Shown: positions 20,371 through 29,548, counted from the stretch's first letter. The stretch: 32,000 nucleotides of DNA from Desulfobulbus propionicus DSM 2032 (GCF_000186885.1 NC_014972.1:3780001-3812000); one strand, 5' to 3'. Made by a program: numbers and translations. The notes: a model not told the origin generated them from the letters alone.

Positions 20371-20928
20371 TCCAGGACCACGCCATCCTGAACGACCTTC
20401 CATCAGGGTGCTAGTTTAACAAGTTTGTACCATGTTCCTGGGTGGTTTACCAGGATAACCTTACATATTATGTAAGAAGTTTTTCTTTTGTGTTGCATTT
20501 GTGTCAAGCGAGGTTGTTGTTCCTTCCCGTTGGCTCGTTCTTTTCCGCCCCGTTGTTTTCCGATTCGTCCGTGTCTTGTTCATAGCGAAACAGTTTTGTC
20601 AGGGTCTCTCCTCGCACCACCGGCTCTTGCCGCTGAGCGCGCATGTTCCCCCTCCTATCGCCATTCCTTGCGGCGGTTCTGGGTTCGCGCGGATAGCGCG
20701 CAGGTCAGCCCTGTTGCAAAGCGTGATTGAGAATGCGGGCAGCAAATTATCAATACCATGATTTTTCTGAATAAAATGTTCAGGTGCGATCGCCTGGCGG
20801 CAATAGTGCTTTTCTCGCCGGGGGAATTGTGCCAAACTAAACAAGATAGTTGGGGGACCGAACAGTGCGTGCAGGTTTGCATGGGTGGGTATTCGGTGCA
20901 TATTGTTCCCAATTGACCAGGATGGAAT

Positions 20929-21984
20929 ATGGGCGCAAAGATTCTTGTCGCGGATGATGATTCCCTGGTTCGTCTGGCGATCCAAAAAATTCTCCTCTTC
21001 TTTGACCACGAGGTCACCGCCGTGGAATCCGGACGGCAGGTTTTGGAGTGCGTGAACGACGAGTTCGACGTCATCGTGCTTGACATCAACATGCCGGACA
21101 TGGATGGTTTTGAGACGCTGGAGCGGCTGAACCGGCAACAGGTGGACATCCCGGTTTTGTTTCTCACCGGCGCGGGTTCCATGGATTATGCGGTCAAGGC
21201 GATTCATTTGGGGGCCTACGATTTTCTCACCAAGCCGATTGCCGACATCGAACTGTTCCATGTGAAGGTCAAGCAGGCGGTGGAAAAGCGGCACTTTCTC
21301 CTCCAGGAAAAGGCCTACAAGAAAAACCTGGAAAGGGAGGTCGAGGCGAAGACCCGTGAGCTGGCCGAAAAGAATCTCCTGCTTGAGCGCTACAGCGAGC
21401 ACCTGGAACAGGCGACCGTCCAGATCATGTCCAGCCTGCAGGCGGCCATGGAGGAAAAGGACGGCTACACCGCCGGCCACACCCGCCGGGTGACGGAATT
21501 GGCCCTGCTGCTCGGGCAGGCGGCCGGTTTTAGCGGCGACGACATCACGGTGTTGCGCCGGGCCTCCCAGTTTCACGACATCGGCAAGCTGGTGATCGAT
21601 CTGTCCTGCATCCAGAAGCCCGGGGCACTCAGTCCGGAGGAGTGGGAATTGATCAAGAAACATCCCGGAGTGGGGGCGAGCATCATCGAACCGCTGACCT
21701 TCATGGATCGGGAGCGGGACATCATCCGTCACCACCACGAAAAAATCGACGGCACAGGTTATCCGGATGGGATTGGCGGCAACGAATTGGACACCCTCAC
21801 CAGGATCATCACCATCGCCGACAGCTATGATGCCATGACCTCGCGCCGCAATTACCGAAAAAATCTCACCTCCGCCGAAGCGGTGGGTGAGCTGCGCCGC
21901 TGCGGAGGGACTCAGTTCGATCCGGAACTGGTGGAAATCTTTGCGGGGGTTGTTCTTTCCGCTTGTTCGCTGTATAAACAGTAG
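20929..21984 (+). CDS. Response regulator with HD-GYP domain (putative cyclic-di-GMP phosphodiesterase)
   Basis: REC domain ILVADDDSLVRLAI, VIVLDINMPDMDGFE, FLTKP; then HTRRVTELALLLG, FHDIGKLVI, HHEKIDGTGYPDGIGG. Confidence 0.95.
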   Translation: MGAKILVADDDSLVRLAIQKILLFFDHEVTAVESGRQVLECVNDEFDVIVLDINMPDMDGFETLERLNRQQVDIPVLFLTGAGSMDYAVKAIHLGAYDFLTKPIADIELFHVKVKQAVEKRHFLLQEKAYKKNLEREVEAKTRELAEKNLLLERYSEHLEQATVQIMSSLQAAMEEKDGYTAGHTRRVTELALLLGQAAGFSGDDITVLRRASQFHDIGKLVIDLSCIQKPGALSPEEWELIKKHPGVGASIIEPLTFMDRERDIIRHHHEKIDGTGYPDGIGGNELDTLTRIITIADSYDAMTSRRNYRKNLTSAEAVGELRRCGGTQFDPELVEIFAGVVLSACSLYKQ

Positions 21985-22033
21985 CCGTTTGTTGACAAGT
22001 CACAGCCCCTGTTCTTCCATTTGTTGATCAACC

Positions 22034-22321
22034 ATGAAAATTACCCGAGAAGAAGTGCAGCATGTGGCCAAACTGGCCCGGCTTGATCTGACCAGCGCCG
22101 AGGTGGATCGCATGACCGGCCAGCTCGACGCCATCTTGTCCTATGTGGCCAAACTCGACGAGCTAGACACCACCGGCGTACCCGTCACCACCCACACGCA
22201 GCAGGTGGTCAATGCCTTCCGCGAGGATGAGGTCCGCCCCTCGCTCCCCCGTGAGCGCGCCTTGGTCAACGGGCCGGAGCAGAATGGCGAATCCTTTGTG
22301 GTTCCCCGGGTCATCGGCTGA
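22034..22321 (+). CDS. gatC: Asp-tRNA(Asn)/Glu-tRNA(Gln) amidotransferase subunit C
   Basis: MKITREEVQHVAKLARLDLTSAEVDRMTGQLDAILSYVAKLDELDT, VRPSLPRERALVNGP; immediately upstream of gatA. Confidence 0.95.
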   Translation: MKITREEVQHVAKLARLDLTSAEVDRMTGQLDAILSYVAKLDELDTTGVPVTTHTQQVVNAFREDEVRPSLPRERALVNGPEQNGESFVVPRVIG

Positions 22322-22361
22322 GCGCCGTCCTTCTTTTTCACCCCTTACCATCAAGCGAAGC

Positions 22362-23822
22362 ATGGAACTGTACGCGTTACCCCTGCACGAGGCCCGGCGT
22401 CTCCTGGAGACCGGCGAGGTGAGTTCGGTGGCCCTTACCGAATCGGTGCTTGCCCGGATTGAAGCCGTCGAACCCAAAGTTCAATCCTACCTGACCCTGG
22501 ATCGGGAAGGTGCCCTGCGACAGGCAGAACAGGCCGATATTGCCAGGAAAAACGGGCAAGGCGGGCCGCTGTGCGGCATCCCCCTGGCTATCAAGGATGT
22601 GCTCTGCACCACTACCATGCCCACCACCTGCGGCTCCCGCATCTTGGAAAACTTCGTCGCCCCCTACGAGGCCACGGTGGTGACCAAACTGGCCGAGGCC
22701 GGTTCGGTGCTCGTGGGCAAGCTGGCCATGGACGAATTCGCCATGGGCTCGACCAGCGAAAATTGCGCCTTCAAAGTACCCCACAACCCCTGGAAGCTCG
22801 GCTATGTGGCCGGCGGTTCCAGCGGCGGGTCAGCGGCGGCGGTGGCGGCCGACGAGTGTTTCGCCTCGCTGGGTTCAGACACCGGCGGTTCGATCCGCCA
22901 GCCCGCCTCGCTGTGCGGCACGGTGGGCATGAAGCCGACCTATGGCCGGGTGTCGCGCTACGGTCTGGTGGCCTTTGCCTCCTCGCTCGATCAGGTCGGG
23001 CCGCTGACCAAGGAGGTGCGCGACTGCGCCCTGATGATGAACGCGATCAGCGGCCATGACCCCAAGGATTCCACCTCGATCAAATTGGACGTCCCTGATT
23101 TTACCGCCTCCCTCCAGGACGGACTCAAAGGGGTGAAGATCGGTCTACCTAGGGAATATTTCGTCCAGGGACTCGATCCCGAGGTGGACAGGGCGGTCCG
23201 CGACGGCATCCGCATGCTCCAGGAGGCCGGCGCCGAGCTGGTGGAGGTCACCCTGCCACACACCGACTACTGCGTGGCGGTCTATTATTTGATCGCCCCG
23301 GCCGAGGCCAGCTCCAACCTGGCCCGCTTCGACGGCGTTCGCTACGGCTATCGCGACCGTTCGGCCGACTCCCTGATCGAGATGTACAACCGCACCCGTT
23401 CGCAGGGATTCGGCGACGAAGTCAAGCGCCGTATCCTCATCGGCACCTATGCACTCTCCTCGGGCTATTACGATGCCTACTACAAGAAGGCCTCCCAGGT
23501 GCGCACCCTGATCAAGGACGATTTCGCCAAGGCCTTTGCCCACTGCGACCTGATGGTTTCGCCGGTCTGCCCGACCCCGGCCTGGAAGATCGGCGACAAG
23601 GCCGACGATCCGCTTGCCCTCTATCTTTCCGATATCCTTACTCTGTCGGCCAACCTTGCCGGCGTGCCCGGCATGTCGGTGCCCTGCGGGTTCAGCAGCG
23701 ACGGCCTGCCGATCGGTTTGCAGCTCCAGGCGGCCCACTTCAACGAGGAAATTCTGTTGCGTGCTGCCTACAACCTTGAACAACGTGCCGGCGTTGTCGG
23801 CAAGAAACCGGTGATCGCCTGA
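22362..23822 (+). CDS. gatA: Asp-tRNA(Asn)/Glu-tRNA(Gln) amidotransferase subunit A
   Basis: GPLCGIPLAIKDVLC, GKLAMDEFAMGSTSENCAF, GYVAGGSSGGSAAAVA, SLGSDTGGSIRQPASLCG. ATG 22362 (MELYALPLHEARRLLE) is preferred over the ORF-track start. Confidence 0.97.
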   Translation: MELYALPLHEARRLLETGEVSSVALTESVLARIEAVEPKVQSYLTLDREGALRQAEQADIARKNGQGGPLCGIPLAIKDVLCTTTMPTTCGSRILENFVAPYEATVVTKLAEAGSVLVGKLAMDEFAMGSTSENCAFKVPHNPWKLGYVAGGSSGGSAAAVAADECFASLGSDTGGSIRQPASLCGTVGMKPTYGRVSRYGLVAFASSLDQVGPLTKEVRDCALMMNAISGHDPKDSTSIKLDVPDFTASLQDGLKGVKIGLPREYFVQGLDPEVDRAVRDGIRMLQEAGAELVEVTLPHTDYCVAVYYLIAPAEASSNLARFDGVRYGYRDRSADSLIEMYNRTRSQGFGDEVKRRILIGTYALSSGYYDAYYKKASQVRTLIKDDFAKAFAHCDLMVSPVCPTPAWKIGDKADDPLALYLSDILTLSANLAGVPGMSVPCGFSSDGLPIGLQLQAAHFNEEILLRAAYNLEQRAGVVGKKPVIA

Positions 23823-23824
23823 TT

Positions 23825-24943
23825 ATGCAACTGCCCATTCAACCCCACATCGCGGCCATTGTCCCCTATCCGCCCGGCAAACCCATGGATGAGCTGGAGC
23901 GGGAATACGGGGTGACCAACGCCATCAAGCTGGCCTCCAACGAAAACCCCTGGGGCCCCTCGCCCAAGGCGGTCGCGGCCATTGGGGCCATGCTTGCCAA
24001 CCTGCACCGCTATCCCGACGGTTCGAGCTACTCCCTGACCGAGGCCGTGGCCCGGTGGATGGGGTCGGCGTCCGACGAGATCGTGCTCGGCAACGGCTCC
24101 AACGAAGTGATCGAGTTTCTGGTCAAGGCCTTTGTCGGTACCGGTGACGCGGTCATCACTAGCCACCCCTCCTTCCTCATGTACCAGAAGTTCGTCCAGG
24201 TGCGGGGCGGCGAGAACGTGATCGTTCCGCTCAAGGAGATGCGCCATGACCTGGAGGCGATCAGCGCCGCCGTGACCGACCGCACCCGGTTGATCTTCAT
24301 CGACAACCCGAATAACCCCACCGGCACCCTGATCTCCCGCGAGGACTTTGACCGCTTCCTGCGCAGCCTGCCCCAGTCGGTGATCGTGGTGGTGGACGAG
24401 GCCTACGTCGATTTCGTCGATCCTGCGGTGCGCATCGATATCCTCGGCTATATCCGTCAGCCAGAGCAGATCCCGGCGGTGGTCAGCCTGCGCACCTTTT
24501 CCAAGGCCTTTGGTCTCGCTGGGCTGCGGGTCGGCTTCGGGGTCATGCACCGCGAGGTGGCCGCGCTGCTGCATCGGGTGCGGCAACCATTCAACATCAA
24601 CCTGCCGGCCCAGGCCGGCGCCTTGGCTGCGCTCGACGACCTGGAACACTACCAGCGCACCCTGAGCGGCACGGCCGAGGGCCGGACCTGGCTGAGTGCG
24701 GAGGTCGCCGAGCTGGGCTGCACGCCCTATCCGTCGCACACCAACTTTTTCCTCATTGATGTGCAGGGCGATGCCACAAAACTCTATGAAGCCATGCTCT
24801 ACAAGGGCGTGATTGTCCGTTCGATGAAGGCCTACGGTTATCCGGACTTCATCCGCATCACCGTGGGCACGATGGCGGAGAATCAGCGCTTTGTCAGCGC
24901 CCTGGCCGACTGTCTCCGGGACCTGGGGTATGGGCGTGCGTAA
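23825..24943 (+). CDS. hisC: Histidinol-phosphate aminotransferase
   Basis: KLASNENPWGPSPKAV, IFIDNPNNPTG, VVVDEAYVDF, SLRTFSKAFGLAGLRVGF. Confidence 0.93.
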   Translation: MQLPIQPHIAAIVPYPPGKPMDELEREYGVTNAIKLASNENPWGPSPKAVAAIGAMLANLHRYPDGSSYSLTEAVARWMGSASDEIVLGNGSNEVIEFLVKAFVGTGDAVITSHPSFLMYQKFVQVRGGENVIVPLKEMRHDLEAISAAVTDRTRLIFIDNPNNPTGTLISREDFDRFLRSLPQSVIVVVDEAYVDFVDPAVRIDILGYIRQPEQIPAVVSLRTFSKAFGLAGLRVGFGVMHREVAALLHRVRQPFNINLPAQAGALAALDDLEHYQRTLSGTAEGRTWLSAEVAELGCTPYPSHTNFFLIDVQGDATKLYEAMLYKGVIVRSMKAYGYPDFIRITVGTMAENQRFVSALADCLRDLGYGRA

Positions 24944-25628
24944 ACGGATCGTCACCATCGACGGCCCGTCCGGCGGTGGTAAATCGACCGTCTCCCGGGC
25001 CCTGGCGGCCAAGCTCCATTTCACCTACCTGGATACAGGGGCGATGTACCGGGCCGTGGCCTATCACTGCCGAGAGCAGGGGATCGCCGCAGAAGAAGGC
25101 CCGCAGCTGGCGGATCTGTTGGCCTCGCTGCGGATCGAACTGCTGCCGCCCTTGCCCGGTGGCGATGATGTACGGGTGCTCGTGGAGGGGGGCGAGGTGG
25201 GGCAGGCCTTGCGTACCCCGGAGATGGGCATGCTGGCCTCGCAGTTCTCTGCCCTGCCGATGGTACGCGCGACCCTGACCCGGCTGCAGCAGCAGATCGG
25301 CGCAGGCGGCCGCATTGTGGCCGAGGGCCGCGACACCGGCACCGTGGTCTTTCCGGATGCGGCCTGGAAGTTTTTCCTCGACGCCAGCCCCGAGGTGCGG
25401 GCGCAGCGCCGGGCGGCCCAGTTGCGCGGCAAGGGCGAGACCGTGGATGAGCAGCAGTTGTTGGCGCAGATCATCAAACGTGATAAGGCCGATCGCGAAC
25501 GGAGCGCGGCCCCGTTGCAGGCCGCCGCGGATGCGGTCATCCTTGATTCCACCCAAATACCGGCCGACGAGGTGGTGGAGCAAATGTACGCGCACATCCT
25601 CGCCACCTCCTGTTGCCGCGACGAATAA
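24930..25628 (+). CDS. cmk: Cytidylate kinase
   Basis: MGVRKRIVTIDGPSGGGKSTVSRALAAKLHFTYLDTGAMYRAVAYH, IVAEGRDTGTVVFPDAAWKFFLDAS, KRDKADRERSAAPLQAA. Overlaps the 3' end of hisC by 14 nt. Confidence 0.95.
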   Translation: MGVRKRIVTIDGPSGGGKSTVSRALAAKLHFTYLDTGAMYRAVAYHCREQGIAAEEGPQLADLLASLRIELLPPLPGGDDVRVLVEGGEVGQALRTPEMGMLASQFSALPMVRATLTRLQQQIGAGGRIVAEGRDTGTVVFPDAAWKFFLDASPEVRAQRRAAQLRGKGETVDEQQLLAQIIKRDKADRERSAAPLQAAADAVILDSTQIPADEVVEQMYAHILATSCCRDE

Positions 25629-25676
25629 CCTACTACGCTGTGGCGGCGACTGCCCTCCGCAGCGACCGTTTTAGAT

Positions 25677-25720
25677 AAAAAAAGCCCTGCATTCCGCTCG
25701 GGAGTGCAGGGCTTTTCTTG
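25677..25720. terminator. Bidirectional intrinsic terminator between cmk (+) and the flavodiiron gene (-)
   Basis: AAAAAAAGCCCTGCATTCC-gctc-GGGAGTGCAGGGCTTTTCTTGTTT: A-run on the left and T-run on the right of one stem between convergent genes. Confidence 0.9.
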
Positions 25721-25741
25721 TTTCTGTACCATCAGCGTCGA

Positions 25742-26962
25742 TCAGGCCAGGGATTCCACCTGCTCGCCGGCCATCATCGCCTGCATGGCCTTGCCCACTG
25801 TCCGTCCCAGTTCCACGCACTCGCCCAACTGGGCATGCTCGGGGACATACTGGGTCTTGACCCCTGGGTGACAGACCACGATGTTCATCTCCTTGAGGAT
25901 TTCATTCATCATCTTGACCGCCTCGCCCGACCAGCCGTAGGAACCGAACGAGGCCCCCACCTTGTTGGTCGGCCGCAGACCGCGCATGTACATCAGAAAA
26001 TCGGCCATGCGTGGCAACATACCGTTGTTGAGGGTCGGAGAACCAAGCACAATGGCGCTGGCCTCGAGCACGTCGGTCATGACGTCGCTACGGTGGTTAA
26101 CCGCCAGATCAAGCAGCTTGTACTCCACGCCCTGCTCATGCAGGCCTTCGGCCACGGCCTTGGCCATCTTCTTGGTCGATTCCCACATGGTGTCGTAGAT
26201 GACCAGGGCCCGGCCGTTGCCCTGGTGGTTGCACCAGCGGTTGTAAGCCTCGATGATCTTGCCCGGATTGGAACGCCAGACCACGCCGTGATCGGGGGCG
26301 AGCATCTTGATCGGCAACTGCATCTCCTGGACCTTGGCTAGCAGCTTCTTCACCAGCGGCGAATAGAGGGTGAGGATGTTGGCGTAGTACTTGGTGGCCT
26401 CGTGCATGAGCACATCCTGGTTGACTTCGTCGTCAAACCGCTCGCTGGTGGCCAGATGCTCGCCAAAGGCATCGCTGGTGAACAGGATCTGATCTTCCTT
26501 GAGGTAGGTGAACATCGAATCCGGCCAGTGGAGCATGCGGGTTTCGAGGAAACTGAGCGTCTTCGTGCCCAGGCTGATTTCCTCGCCCGGCGCGACCACA
26601 TGAAAGGGCCAGTCCGGACGGTGGAAATGCTGCATCAGAGCCTTGTGGCCCATCTTCGAGCAGATGATCTTTTCCGGATTGATCGCCTCGACCACCTCGG
26701 GTAGCGAGCCGCTGTGATCCATCTCTACATGGTTGACCACCAGATAGTCGATCTTTTTCGGATCGATGATGGTGTGGATGCGGTGCATCAGCTCGCTTTT
26801 GTACGGTTTTTTGACCGTATCGATCAGGGTGACCTTTTCGTCGATGATGAGAAAGGCGTTGTAGGTGGTGCCGCGGTAGGTCGAATAGCCGTGGAAATCA
26901 CGGATATTCCAGTCGACGGCGCCCACCCAGTAGACATTGTCAGCCAGGGCAATTTTTTTCAT
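25742..26962 (-). CDS. Flavodiiron protein (A-type; rubredoxin:oxygen oxidoreductase/FprA family)
   Basis: NHVEMDHSG (HxExDH-type diiron ligands), ALVIYDTMWESTKKMA (flavodoxin domain), SFGSYGWSGEAVKMM. Confidence 0.94.
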   Translation of the reverse strand: MKKIALADNVYWVGAVDWNIRDFHGYSTYRGTTYNAFLIIDEKVTLIDTVKKPYKSELMHRIHTIIDPKKIDYLVVNHVEMDHSGSLPEVVEAINPEKIICSKMGHKALMQHFHRPDWPFHVVAPGEEISLGTKTLSFLETRMLHWPDSMFTYLKEDQILFTSDAFGEHLATSERFDDEVNQDVLMHEATKYYANILTLYSPLVKKLLAKVQEMQLPIKMLAPDHGVVWRSNPGKIIEAYNRWCNHQGNGRALVIYDTMWESTKKMAKAVAEGLHEQGVEYKLLDLAVNHRSDVMTDVLEASAIVLGSPTLNNGMLPRMADFLMYMRGLRPTNKVGASFGSYGWSGEAVKMMNEILKEMNIVVCHPGVKTQYVPEHAQLGECVELGRTVGKAMQAMMAGEQVESLA

Positions 26963-26988
26963 GGAGTGATTCCTCTGTTGGGATGCGG

Positions 26989-27342
26989 TTAAAAGGTGAG
27001 AACCGTATAGCCTTGCTCGATATAGGCCGACATCGCCGGATGGCCAGCCAATTCGCCAATCAGCGGAATGTTCTCCTGGGTGACCGCTTCGACGACATTG
27101 AGCTTGGTGGAGCAGGCACGGCAGGCGCCGACGATCAGACCCTGAGTCTTGGCCTTGGTGTACAGTTGATGAAGGAAATGCGAGGGCTCGGCCATGACCG
27201 GCACCAGGGTGACCGACTCGCCTTCGAGCACTATTTTACCCTCCATGCCCTTCTGGGCCATATCCAAACTGTTCAGGAGCACGTGAATGAAGCAGAGCGG
27301 ATTGTCGCGGAAAGCGAAAAAAACGGTTTTGTTCATAGGCAA
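26989..27342 (-). CDS. DsrE-like family protein with CxxC motif
   Basis: 117 aa; MNKTVFFAFRDNPLCFIHVLLNSLDM, GACRACSTKL. Immediately upstream of the flavodiiron gene on the same strand. Confidence 0.75.
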   Translation of the reverse strand: MPMNKTVFFAFRDNPLCFIHVLLNSLDMAQKGMEGKIVLEGESVTLVPVMAEPSHFLHQLYTKAKTQGLIVGACRACSTKLNVVEAVTQENIPLIGELAGHPAMSAYIEQGYTVLTF

Positions 27343-27501
27343 CCTCGAAAGAGTACAGAAAATGGGTCAGCGCATGAGACAGCCGCAGACCGCGATGGTC
27401 TGGTCGGCATAACGGCGGGCGGCGGGAGGGGGGAGACCTGCCTGGGCGGGCCGGACAAGGTGGCCCCTCTGCCGGACGAATCCGGCAGAGGGGCGGATTG
27501 G

Positions 27502-27660
27502 TTACGCTTCTTCGAATTGATCCTTGCCCGCGCCGCAGACCGGACAGGTCCAGTCATCGGGGATATCTTCAAACGCGGTGCCGGGAGCCACGCCATTGTC
27601 AGGATCGCCGACAGCAGGATCATACTCGTAGGAACAGACAACACAGACGTATTTTTTCAT
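27502..27660 (-). CDS. Rubredoxin (52 aa)
   Basis: Manual reverse-strand translation: [52 protein letters not shown]. CxxC...CPVCG metal ligands; upstream AAAGGAGAAGTG. Absent from the supplied ORF track because it is under 60 aa. Confidence 0.96.
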   Translation of the reverse strand: MKKYVCVVCSYEYDPAVGDPDNGVAPGTAFEDIPDDWTCPVCGAGKDQFEEA

Positions 27661-27689
27661 CACTTCTCCTTTCGGTCATTAAGGGGGAA

Positions 27690-28064
27690 TCAGGCCTTCC
27701 ACAGTCCGTGGAGGTTGCAGTACTCGCGAGCGGAAACCTTATCCGCTTGAATACAGAAGGTTGCTTCAGGCGCCTCGCCGGGTTTGAGATCCTGGCGGTA
27801 GACCTTGCCGTCGGCAATCAGCTCGATGAACTCGATCCAGTGCTTTTCCTCCATGGGGTGGGGCACTGAACCAACGGTAACCTTGTAGCCCTCGGCTACC
27901 TTGGTGATGACCGGCACATGTTTTTCCTTGGCGGCATCGACGGTGTTCTCGGTCATCAGGGTCATAGGTTGGCCGCAGCAGACCAGTTCGCCGGCACCGG
28001 CATGCAGAACTTCAACAATGTTGCCGCAGAGGGCGCACTTGTACACGTCATTCTTCTTGGTCAT
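27690..28064 (-). CDS. Desulfoferrodoxin (superoxide reductase)
   Basis: [27 protein letters not shown] (Dx domain), [29 protein letters not shown]. Confidence 0.97.
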   Translation of the reverse strand: MTKKNDVYKCALCGNIVEVLHAGAGELVCCGQPMTLMTENTVDAAKEKHVPVITKVAEGYKVTVGSVPHPMEEKHWIEFIELIADGKVYRQDLKPGEAPEATFCIQADKVSAREYCNLHGLWKA

Positions 28065-28226
28065 GTTCTGTTCTCCTCGTTGATTGAAAAAATCTGATGG
28101 GCAGAAACGCGCGTGGTTTCCGCCCCCACGCCGGGCAAAACACGCAAAAACAATAAACCATCTGATTCGGCTCCGAAAGGGCCAAATTGTCTTTTTCCCT
28201 GTTTTGTCCGGAAGATCGAGAGCCGA

Positions 28227-28820
28227 TCAACCATTGTGCTTGGCCAGATACTCGGCAACGCCGGCGGCGGTGGGGGTCATGGCCTCCTTGCCTTCCTGCC
28301 AGTTGGCCGGACAGACATCGCCGTGCTGCTCGTGAAACTGCAGGGCATCGACCATGCGCAGCGCTTCGTCGATGTTGCGGCCCAAGGGCAGATCGTTGAC
28401 CACCGCATGGCGGACAATACCGTCGCGGTCGATGAGAAAGGTACCGCGCAGGGCGATGCCGGCATCGAGCAGCACGCCGTACTGACGGGAAATGCTTTTA
28501 TCGAGATCGGACACCAGGGGATACTGGATATTGCCGATGCCGCCCTGGTTGATCGGGGTGTTTTTCCAGGCCCAGTGGGAAAACTGGGAATCGATCGACA
28601 CGCCGATGATTTCGCAGTTCTTGGCCTTGAACGCCTCCAGTGCCCGGTCAAAAGCAAGAATCTCCGAGGGGCAGACAAAGGTGAAATCCAGCGGATAGAA
28701 GAAGAGGATCACATATTTACCCCGGTAGTCGGAGAGCTTGAAATCCGGTTTCATCGAATTGTCGGGCAGAACGGCGGTGGCGGTGAAATCCGGCGCCTGT
28801 TTGGTCACTAAAAAGCTCAT
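28227..28820 (-). CDS. 2-Cys peroxiredoxin (AhpC/Prx1 type)
   Basis: FFYPLDFTFVCPSEILAF, GVSIDSQFSHWAW, HGDVCPANWQEG. Confidence 0.96.
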   Translation of the reverse strand: MSFLVTKQAPDFTATAVLPDNSMKPDFKLSDYRGKYVILFFYPLDFTFVCPSEILAFDRALEAFKAKNCEIIGVSIDSQFSHWAWKNTPINQGGIGNIQYPLVSDLDKSISRQYGVLLDAGIALRGTFLIDRDGIVRHAVVNDLPLGRNIDEALRMVDALQFHEQHGDVCPANWQEGKEAMTPTAAGVAEYLAKHNG

Positions 28821-28871
28821 AACACAACCTCCTGGTTTGTGGATATTGAAGGATACGCAATGAAAGGACGG

Positions 28872-29522
28872 TCAGTCGAGCGCAGTCTTGCCCTGCTCGG
28901 TGATCGCATACTTGCAACGGGCGGGACTGCTCACGTAGCCCTTGTTTTTCAGGGCGGTGATCTGGCAGCTGACCTGCTTGCTTTCCAGGCCGGTGGCTGC
29001 GGCCAACTCCTTGCTGCCGCACGCCTCCTTGCTGTGGGCCAGGGCCTCGAGCACCTGACGTTGGGTGTCGCTGAGTGATGCGCGACCGCATGATGTGCAT
29101 GCCATGGTTCGTTCTCCTGTTCGTTGTTTCTTTTCCTGATTTTTCTGACAATTCGGACAAAGACCGAAAAATTCAATTCTGCACCCGGTGATCCGGTACC
29201 CTTTTTCCCGAATCTGGTCAAAGGGCAACGGAGCGCTGGTCGTGGGAATGTTGTCAACCCGCTGGCAGCGGGTGCAGTAGACATGGTCGTGGTCCTGGGG
29301 GTCCCAGTCAAACCGTTTCTGCCGACCGCTGATTTCCAATTTTTTGATCAATCCGGCTTCGGAGAGGATCTCCAGGTTCCGGTACACCGTTGCCAAACTG
29401 ATCCGGGGCAATTTCTTTTTAATCCGTTCGTATAACTCATCCGCGGTCAAATGCAGCTTGCACCGCTGCATCTCGTTGAGAATGATTTCACGTTGATGGG
29501 TCATCCGCAGAGTGTGATCCAT
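28872..29522 (-). CDS. Fur/PerR-family repressor fused in frame to a C-terminal Cys-rich winged-helix-like domain
   Basis: N-terminus MDHTLRMTHQREIILNEMQ, SLATVYRNLEIL, HDHVYCTRCQRV, FGLCPNCQ; continues without a stop into MACTSCGRASLSDTQRQVLEALAH...KYAITEQGKTALD*. ORF track extends to a TTG at 29549, but ATG 29522 has a GAGGGG Shine-Dalgarno. Confidence 0.88.
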   Translation of the reverse strand: MDHTLRMTHQREIILNEMQRCKLHLTADELYERIKKKLPRISLATVYRNLEILSEAGLIKKLEISGRQKRFDWDPQDHDHVYCTRCQRVDNIPTTSAPLPFDQIREKGYRITGCRIEFFGLCPNCQKNQEKKQRTGERTMACTSCGRASLSDTQRQVLEALAHSKEACGSKELAAATGLESKQVSCQITALKNKGYVSSPARCKYAITEQGKTALD

Positions 29523-29548
29523 TGCCCCCCTCTTGAAAATTTTTGTCA

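Noticed and set aside
20488-20761. 80- and 86-aa ORFs (20488..20730, 20501..20761)
   Set aside because: Two overlapping frames with Pro/Cys/Arg-rich low-plausibility composition and no clear ribosome binding site or motifs.
20599-21738. 379-aa minus-strand ORF
   Set aside because: Mostly antisense to the HD-GYP response regulator, whose motifs are clear.
23768-25024. 418-aa minus-strand ORF
   Set aside because: Antisense shadow of hisC and part of cmk.
28227-28820. Possible selenocysteine peroxiredoxin
   Set aside because: The peroxidatic position is a Cys codon in FVCPSE and the frame has no internal TGA.
28839-29078. 79-aa plus-strand ORF opposite the PerR-fusion C-terminus
   Set aside because: Antisense shadow; the minus-strand frame is continuous with clear Fur-family motifs and an HTH-like tail.
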